This document shows, piece after piece, positions 59,419-64,000 of a DNA stretch of 64,000 nt. A program made the translations under genes and the position numbers. Source of the stretch: a virus; IMG/VR virus record IMGVR_UViG_3300047172_000052, positions 1-64,000 of that record; one strand, written 5' to 3'. How positions within the stretch are numbered: the first letter of the stretch is position 1; every line of letters starts with the position of its first letter. A model generated the notes under the pieces. That model was given only the letters and a program-made list of their open reading frames with translations, made no database searches and had not been told where the DNA came from.

Positions 59419-60078
59419 ATGACATTCAAAGTCTACTTGGCGGGCGCGATTTCCGGACTGACCTACGATCAGGGTCAGGATTGGCGAGTGCAGGTCAAGG
59501 AAGCCCTGGCGCCGGAGATCGCGTGTTACTCGCCGCTGCGTGCGAAGGACTATCTGCGCAGTGCTGGCGTGCTGGAGCAGTTCTACGAGAGCACGCCGCT
59601 CAGCACCGATCGCGGGATCATGACGCGTGACTACAACGACTGCATCACGTCCGACCTGATCTTCGTCAACCTTCTGGGTGCGACGCCACGCGTCAGCATC
59701 GGAACCATGATGGAACTTGGCTTTGCCTACGCACACCGCAAGCCGGTTGTCATGGTGATCGAGGATGACAGGAAGAACATCCACGATTATCCGATGGTTC
59801 GTGAGGCGGTCGGCTTCCGCTTCAACAACATCGAAGGCGCCATCTGGGCGACACGGGCGATCCTGCTGGCTGACCCCGGTGCAATCCGCCCGCATCCGCA
59901 CATCAACCCTCCGCCTGCTGCAGAGGTGCGCGCTCCCTCCAACGCCCCTGCCTTTGACCAGATGCTCGCGCGAGAGATCGAGCGAGAGAAAGCAGCAGCG
60001 CGAGGCGCAGTCGGAACAACTCTTCTGGAGGATTTCGAGGAACGAGAAGAGCGCGAGCGCCGGAGCTACACGCGATGA
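59419..60078 (+). CDS. Nucleoside 2-deoxyribosyltransferase-family protein
   Basis: VYLAG, RD..D...SD, SIGT.MELG.A....KPVV. Confidence 0.85.
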   Translation: MTFKVYLAGAISGLTYDQGQDWRVQVKEALAPEIACYSPLRAKDYLRSAGVLEQFYESTPLSTDRGIMTRDYNDCITSDLIFVNLLGATPRVSIGTMMELGFAYAHRKPVVMVIEDDRKNIHDYPMVREAVGFRFNNIEGAIWATRAILLADPGAIRPHPHINPPPAAEVRAPSNAPAFDQMLAREIEREKAAARGAVGTTLLEDFEEREERERRSYTR

Positions 60079-60632
60079 CCAAGATCATCGGCATCGCCGG
60101 TCGCAAAGGCCACGGCAAGGATACGGCGGCGCAGGCTCTCCTCGACGAAGGCTACGTGAACGTCAAGTTCGCTGGCGCCCTGAAGGTCATGGTGAGGGCG
60201 TTCCTCGCCTACGTCGGCGTCAGCCCTGACACCATCGAGCGCATGATCGAGGGTGACCTGAAGGAGGTGCCCAACGAGCACTTCGGCGGTAGGACGACGC
60301 GATACGTCCTGCAGACCCTCGGCACCGAGTGGGGCCGCGAGATGGTGTTTGACCGCATCTGGGTGAACGCCTTCTCCTCCCGCGCCAAGCGGTTCGATAA
60401 GGTCGCCTGCACCGACATGAGGTTCCCCAACGAGGTCGACGAGGTGAAGGCGCAGGGTGGGACGACGGTTCGCGTCGTGCGTCCGAATGCACCACGCACC
60501 GCCGGTAGCGACCATCCGTCCGAGGCACTGATCGACACGCTGCACGTCGATCACGTCATCGCCAACGACGAGGGGATCGAAGAACTGCACCGGAGGATCG
60601 CCGCCATCGCGTATTGGAGGGACCATGCGTAG
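60075..60632 (+). CDS. Deoxynucleoside monophosphate kinase
   Basis: IGIAG.KG.GKDT, FA..LK, R..LQ.LGTEWGR, D.RFPNE, HPSE. Confidence 0.9.
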   Translation: MTKIIGIAGRKGHGKDTAAQALLDEGYVNVKFAGALKVMVRAFLAYVGVSPDTIERMIEGDLKEVPNEHFGGRTTRYVLQTLGTEWGREMVFDRIWVNAFSSRAKRFDKVACTDMRFPNEVDEVKAQGGTTVRVVRPNAPRTAGSDHPSEALIDTLHVDHVIANDEGIEELHRRIAAIAYWRDHA

Positions 60633-61272
60633 TCTCCTCACGCGAATCTTCGGCAAGCCGCAGATCATCGGTGGCATGGATGGCGACAGTCCGACCTATC
60701 TCTGCCGGTGGTTCGTCATCCCGAAGTTCAACAAGAACGGCGTTCGTCGTCCTTTCTCCGTATATCTTCACAACTTCAACCGTAGTGACGATGACCGCGC
60801 TCTGCACGATCATCCGTTCTGGAACTGTAGCATATTGCTGAAGGGTTGCTATCTGGAGCACATGCCCGGCGGTGTAGTGAAGAAACGGTATCCATTCTTG
60901 CCTGTGTTCCGTCCTGCCAGTGCAGCCCATCGAATCGAACTGATCGACGGCAAGTCAGTTTGGACGCTCTTCCTGACAGGAAGAAAGACCCGTGAATGGG
61001 GGTTCTACTGCCCAGTCCGTTGGAAGCACTGGACGATGTTCGAACACGACAACGGCTGCGGGGAGGACTTAAACATGCCCGAGATCGACCTGAGGCGAAT
61101 CGAGGTTCGCTACACGAATGGCGACGCCGACACCTTCCTGGCGACGCAGACGGAGGCCGAGAAGGTCTTCGATAACATCGCGGAGGAAGCCTTCGAGTTC
61201 GTCCACACACGCGGACGGACGGTGATCTTCTCCAGGGACGTCTCCCGCGTCACCATCGGCCTGAACCAATGA
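60625..61272 (+). CDS. Cupin-like protein fused to a small beta domain
   Basis: YLH....DDDR.LHDHP, G.Y.E, HR..L, W.LF..G...R.WGF; internal ggagg and ATG at 61075. Confidence 0.7.
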   Translation: MRSLLTRIFGKPQIIGGMDGDSPTYLCRWFVIPKFNKNGVRRPFSVYLHNFNRSDDDRALHDHPFWNCSILLKGCYLEHMPGGVVKKRYPFLPVFRPASAAHRIELIDGKSVWTLFLTGRKTREWGFYCPVRWKHWTMFEHDNGCGEDLNMPEIDLRRIEVRYTNGDADTFLATQTEAEKVFDNIAEEAFEFVHTRGRTVIFSRDVSRVTIGLNQ

Positions 61273-61454
61273 AGGTCGTCGTCTACTTCAAGGAAGGTGG
61301 CGTCGAGACTTTTCGCTGCTCGATAGTCCAGGCCTGCGACTTCCGCGACCTGTCTGTGATGCGCCTGCACAAGGTAGCGGTGCTGCGTCACCGGAAGGGT
61401 CAGACACATTTCGACTGGAGCGACATCCAGTCCATCACGATCGAAGGGCTTTGA
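61269..61454 (+). CDS. Small beta-domain protein (paralogue 2)
   Basis: ATGA coupling; pattern shared with neighbours. Confidence 0.6.
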   Translation: MKVVVYFKEGGVETFRCSIVQACDFRDLSVMRLHKVAVLRHRKGQTHFDWSDIQSITIEGL

Positions 61455-61455
61455 T

Positions 61456-61656
61456 ATGAGCACTTTCCGCCTGCAGGTTCTTTTCAAAAATGGGAGCGAG
61501 AAGACCTACGACTTGAGCGAGGAGAGCGCCGACATTGCCCTCAATGGGCAGTTCAAGGACGGCATTCACCCCTACCACTTTCCTCATGCTGAAGGGCAGG
61601 CAGTCATCATGAAGAACATGGTTATGGCCATCAACGTCCAGGAGATCGCGGAATGA
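61456..61656 (+). CDS. Small beta-domain protein (paralogue 3)
   Basis: Coupled to thyX by ATGA; pattern shared with neighbours. Confidence 0.6.
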   Translation: MSTFRLQVLFKNGSEKTYDLSEESADIALNGQFKDGIHPYHFPHAEGQAVIMKNMVMAINVQEIAE

Positions 61657-62609
61657 CAATCTCAGCACGCGTCCTCGCCGACAGCATCTCCCATGGCTCG
61701 CGCAAGCGCCTGACCACATTCGAGCTTCGCTATCCCCGCTTCATTCACGCGGAGGAACTGACGCACCGCATCCTGTCGACGTCGCCGGAGATGGTCGAGA
61801 CAACCCACATTCCGGATGGCGTGATGTATGACAGCGACCTGTCGCGTAACGCCTCCTCCTCTCGCGCCACGCCGATCAACTCGCTGATCGATGCCGTGCG
61901 CAAGGACCCTGCGATGCCGATCCGCTGGGGCCTCAACGGGGCCGGCATGCAGGACCATGGCGAGATGTCCCCCGAAGGTGCGGAGGCCTGCAAGAAGCTC
62001 TGGCTGGCGGCGCGTGACGCACAGATCGGCTACGTCGGCAAGCTGCTTAGGCTGACGGAGGTCCCCCACAAGCAGACGGTGAACCGGCTGCTGGAGCCAT
62101 GGTCGCACATCACCGTCGTGGTGACGGCGACCGAGTGGGCGAACTTCTTCGCCCTGCGGCGCCACAAGGATGCGCAACCGGAGATCAAGGAACTGGCGGA
62201 CCAGATGTGGGAGGCGCGTGAGGCGTCCACGCCACGCGTTCTGCTGCCGGGGCAGTGGCATCTGCCCTATTTGGAACTGCACGAACTGGAGAACACCGAG
62301 ACGACGCTCGATCTTGCCATCAAGGTCTCCGTCGCTCGCTGTGCCCGCACCTCCTACAAGAACCACCGGAACAAGGTCGCCACGATCGAGGAAGACGTCG
62401 CGCTCTATGACCGTCTGGTCGGCGGCGTCCCGCTGCACGCATCGCCGGCTGAGCATCAGGCGACACCGGACGGCTACAAGCTGTTGCTCGACACCGAGAC
62501 GATGAAAGCGACGGCGCAATACGACCATCCCGAACTACATGGCAACCTAGTCGGATGGGTGCAATACCGCAAGACGTTGCTGAATGAGAATATCACGAAG
62601 GAGGCCTGA
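61653..62609 (+). CDS. thyX: Flavin-dependent thymidylate synthase
   Basis: YPRFIHAE..THR..[insert]..SRNASSSRA, HKQ..NRLLEP, NFF.LR....AQPEI, ARCAR.SY, H.SP.EHQA. Confidence 0.9.
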   Translation: MTISARVLADSISHGSRKRLTTFELRYPRFIHAEELTHRILSTSPEMVETTHIPDGVMYDSDLSRNASSSRATPINSLIDAVRKDPAMPIRWGLNGAGMQDHGEMSPEGAEACKKLWLAARDAQIGYVGKLLRLTEVPHKQTVNRLLEPWSHITVVVTATEWANFFALRRHKDAQPEIKELADQMWEAREASTPRVLLPGQWHLPYLELHELENTETTLDLAIKVSVARCARTSYKNHRNKVATIEEDVALYDRLVGGVPLHASPAEHQATPDGYKLLLDTETMKATAQYDHPELHGNLVGWVQYRKTLLNENITKEA

Positions 62610-62612
62610 AAC

Positions 62613-62903
62613 ATGGCGAAGTGCATTATAACGCTACAGGACCAGGAGACGGAGAACAAGCAAGTCGGCGTCTCCTTCAACATCCGGATCGAATTGTCCG
62701 AGGAGGAGCAGACTTCGACGAACCTTTCGGCAGCCATGCTTCTGGCTGCACACTACGGGCACATCTTCAACGACCAGGGAGTCGACCTACGCGAAGTCGA
62801 AAAGCGCGTGATCCGCGAAGCTCAGGAGCGCGATGCCAAGAAGAAGGCCGACCTGCGTGCGACACTGATCGACGTCGCCGCCATCCCGGTCGGTAACGCG
62901 TGA
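62613..62903 (+). CDS. Hypothetical protein
   Basis: ggagg RBS; 96 aa. Confidence 0.6.
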   Translation: MAKCIITLQDQETENKQVGVSFNIRIELSEEEQTSTNLSAAMLLAAHYGHIFNDQGVDLREVEKRVIREAQERDAKKKADLRATLIDVAAIPVGNA

Positions 62904-63268
62904 CCGAGGAGGAGAAAGATCGTCTACGGACTCGTCTGAACGAATATCGGCAGCAGGGTCTATCCCGGCAGCAAATCGCTGACGCGCTTGGGAAGACGAT
63001 CTATGAGGTGAAGCGCCTGATCAAGACACTGGGCGTCCAGGGGCGCGTTGTCGTCAAGGCGCCGCGTAAAGCGAAGAAGGAACGGGAGAAGCCACGCTAC
63101 TCCCCGCTCGATGAAGGCGAGACGGTGATCGAGAAAGCCAGGGCTGTCCTGGGAGCCCGCATGAGTGAAGACCATCGCGGCTACATGCTGGACGGGCGTC
63201 CCTGCTCCTCGTGGGCTATCCTGAAGGCCGCAGGCGTCACTCCTGCTCCGGTGCGTAAGCAATCTTGA
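62900..63268 (+). CDS. HTH DNA-binding protein
   Basis: QGLSRQQIADALGKT...VK. Confidence 0.65.
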   Translation: MTEEEKDRLRTRLNEYRQQGLSRQQIADALGKTIYEVKRLIKTLGVQGRVVVKAPRKAKKEREKPRYSPLDEGETVIEKARAVLGARMSEDHRGYMLDGRPCSSWAILKAAGVTPAPVRKQS

Positions 63269-63383
63269 CACTGGCGTCAGGCTAAGATAGCCTCGTCGCT
63301 TCACTGTTCGTTTCCATCACATCTGGCGCGTTTCCAGAGCGGCGAAACCGCTGTGGGATTTTTGCGCCTTGAGGAGTTCTGCC

Positions 63384-64000
63384 ATGTCGAATTTTCGTCC
63401 GATCGCCGCCGGTATGGGTCAAGCAGTGGCGGAGAGGACGATCTTGCGGCGGAAAGCGAATGGTGAGTTGGAAGACTGGGGAGACGTGGCAGATCGGGTT
63501 TCACTGGGCAACGCGATGTTGATGCCAGCCACCGATTGTTCCAAGTTCCTGGTCGAGTGGGATTTGCTTCGTCATCATATCGCCAACGGCAACACCCTCA
63601 TGTCCGGTCGGCACCTCCAACACGGCGACGTTTTCCAGCCGGGTCGCAACCTCGAAGTCTTCTCGAACTGCTCTACCAGCGCCACCAGTTTCCTGCTGTT
63701 CTACCTACTCCTGAACGGCTCCGGCGTCGGTCGCTGCTACGATGACGACATGATGCTGGTCGACTGGAATAACGCCCCTTCGCTTCGCTGCGTGCTGGAC
63801 ACGGCGCACCCCGACTTCGACTACGCCGCGCATGAGAGCAAGCGCGATGCGCTGCACAAGTATGGCAGCGGCAAGGACGTCATGTGGCACGAGGTTGACG
63901 ACAGCCGTGAAGGCTGGACCAAGGCGGTCGAGATTTGGGAGAACGCCGCCTTCGAGCGCATCCACGCCCACAAGATGCTGATCCTGGACTTCAGCAAGGT
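63384..64000 (+). CDS. nrdJ: Class II (B12-dependent, monomeric type) ribonucleotide reductase, 5' part
   Basis: Not in the ORF track because it runs off the window; gaggag RBS; AVAERT..R...E.W.DVA.RV, SGRHL, FSNCS, LL.GSGVG, DSREGW, LDFS. Confidence 0.85.
   Translation, partial: MSNFRPIAAGMGQAVAERTILRRKANGELEDWGDVADRVSLGNAMLMPATDCSKFLVEWDLLRHHIANGNTLMSGRHLQHGDVFQPGRNLEVFSNCSTSATSFLLFYLLLNGSGVGRCYDDDMMLVDWNNAPSLRCVLDTAHPDFDYAAHESKRDALHKYGSGKDVMWHEVDDSREGWTKAVEIWENAAFERIHAHKMLILDFSK

Overview
This window is about 64 kb of a large, GC-rich tailed dsDNA phage (or its prophage / phage-plasmid form), probably infecting Alphaproteobacteria (an inference). It has four zones. (1) Packaging genes on the minus strand: a DUF4055 portal, TerL, TerS and a RuvC-like resolvase. 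Portal and TerL are separated by about 11 kb that holds an IS1595 element with three passenger ORFs, a structured-RNA / tRNA-like cluster, a 3-kb block rich in GANTC, GGCGCC and CTAG (SAM-lyase-like and HhH-glycosylase-like genes), and a candidate genome end. (2) A candidate replication origin at 16.5-16.9 kb, followed by about 15 kb of small early genes. These are driven by sigma70-like promoters sharing a 15-bp palindrome, TACGCCTNAGGCGTA, present in about 20 copies across the window. (3) A primase-helicase, a split RNA-repair operon (phosphatase, Rnl1 ligase, kinase), a minimal tyrosine recombinase preceded by a ~330-nt structured RNA and a WYL-like gene, rIIA/rIIB, and two more tRNA-like RNAs. 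(4) A replication and nucleotide-metabolism block: SNF2 helicase, HD nucleotidase, methyltransferase, T5-A1-like phosphoesterase, HNH, T7-like Pol A, DEDDh exonuclease, Cas4-like nuclease, RecD/Dda helicase, NDT, dNMP kinase, ThyX and the start of a class II RNR. Several accessory genes carry in-frame stops, frameshifts or lost start codons. The best novelty candidates are the WYL-like + structured RNA + tyrosine recombinase unit and the anticodon-defective tRNA mimics that flank other structured RNAs. All calls come from reading motifs by eye; no database search or folding program was run.
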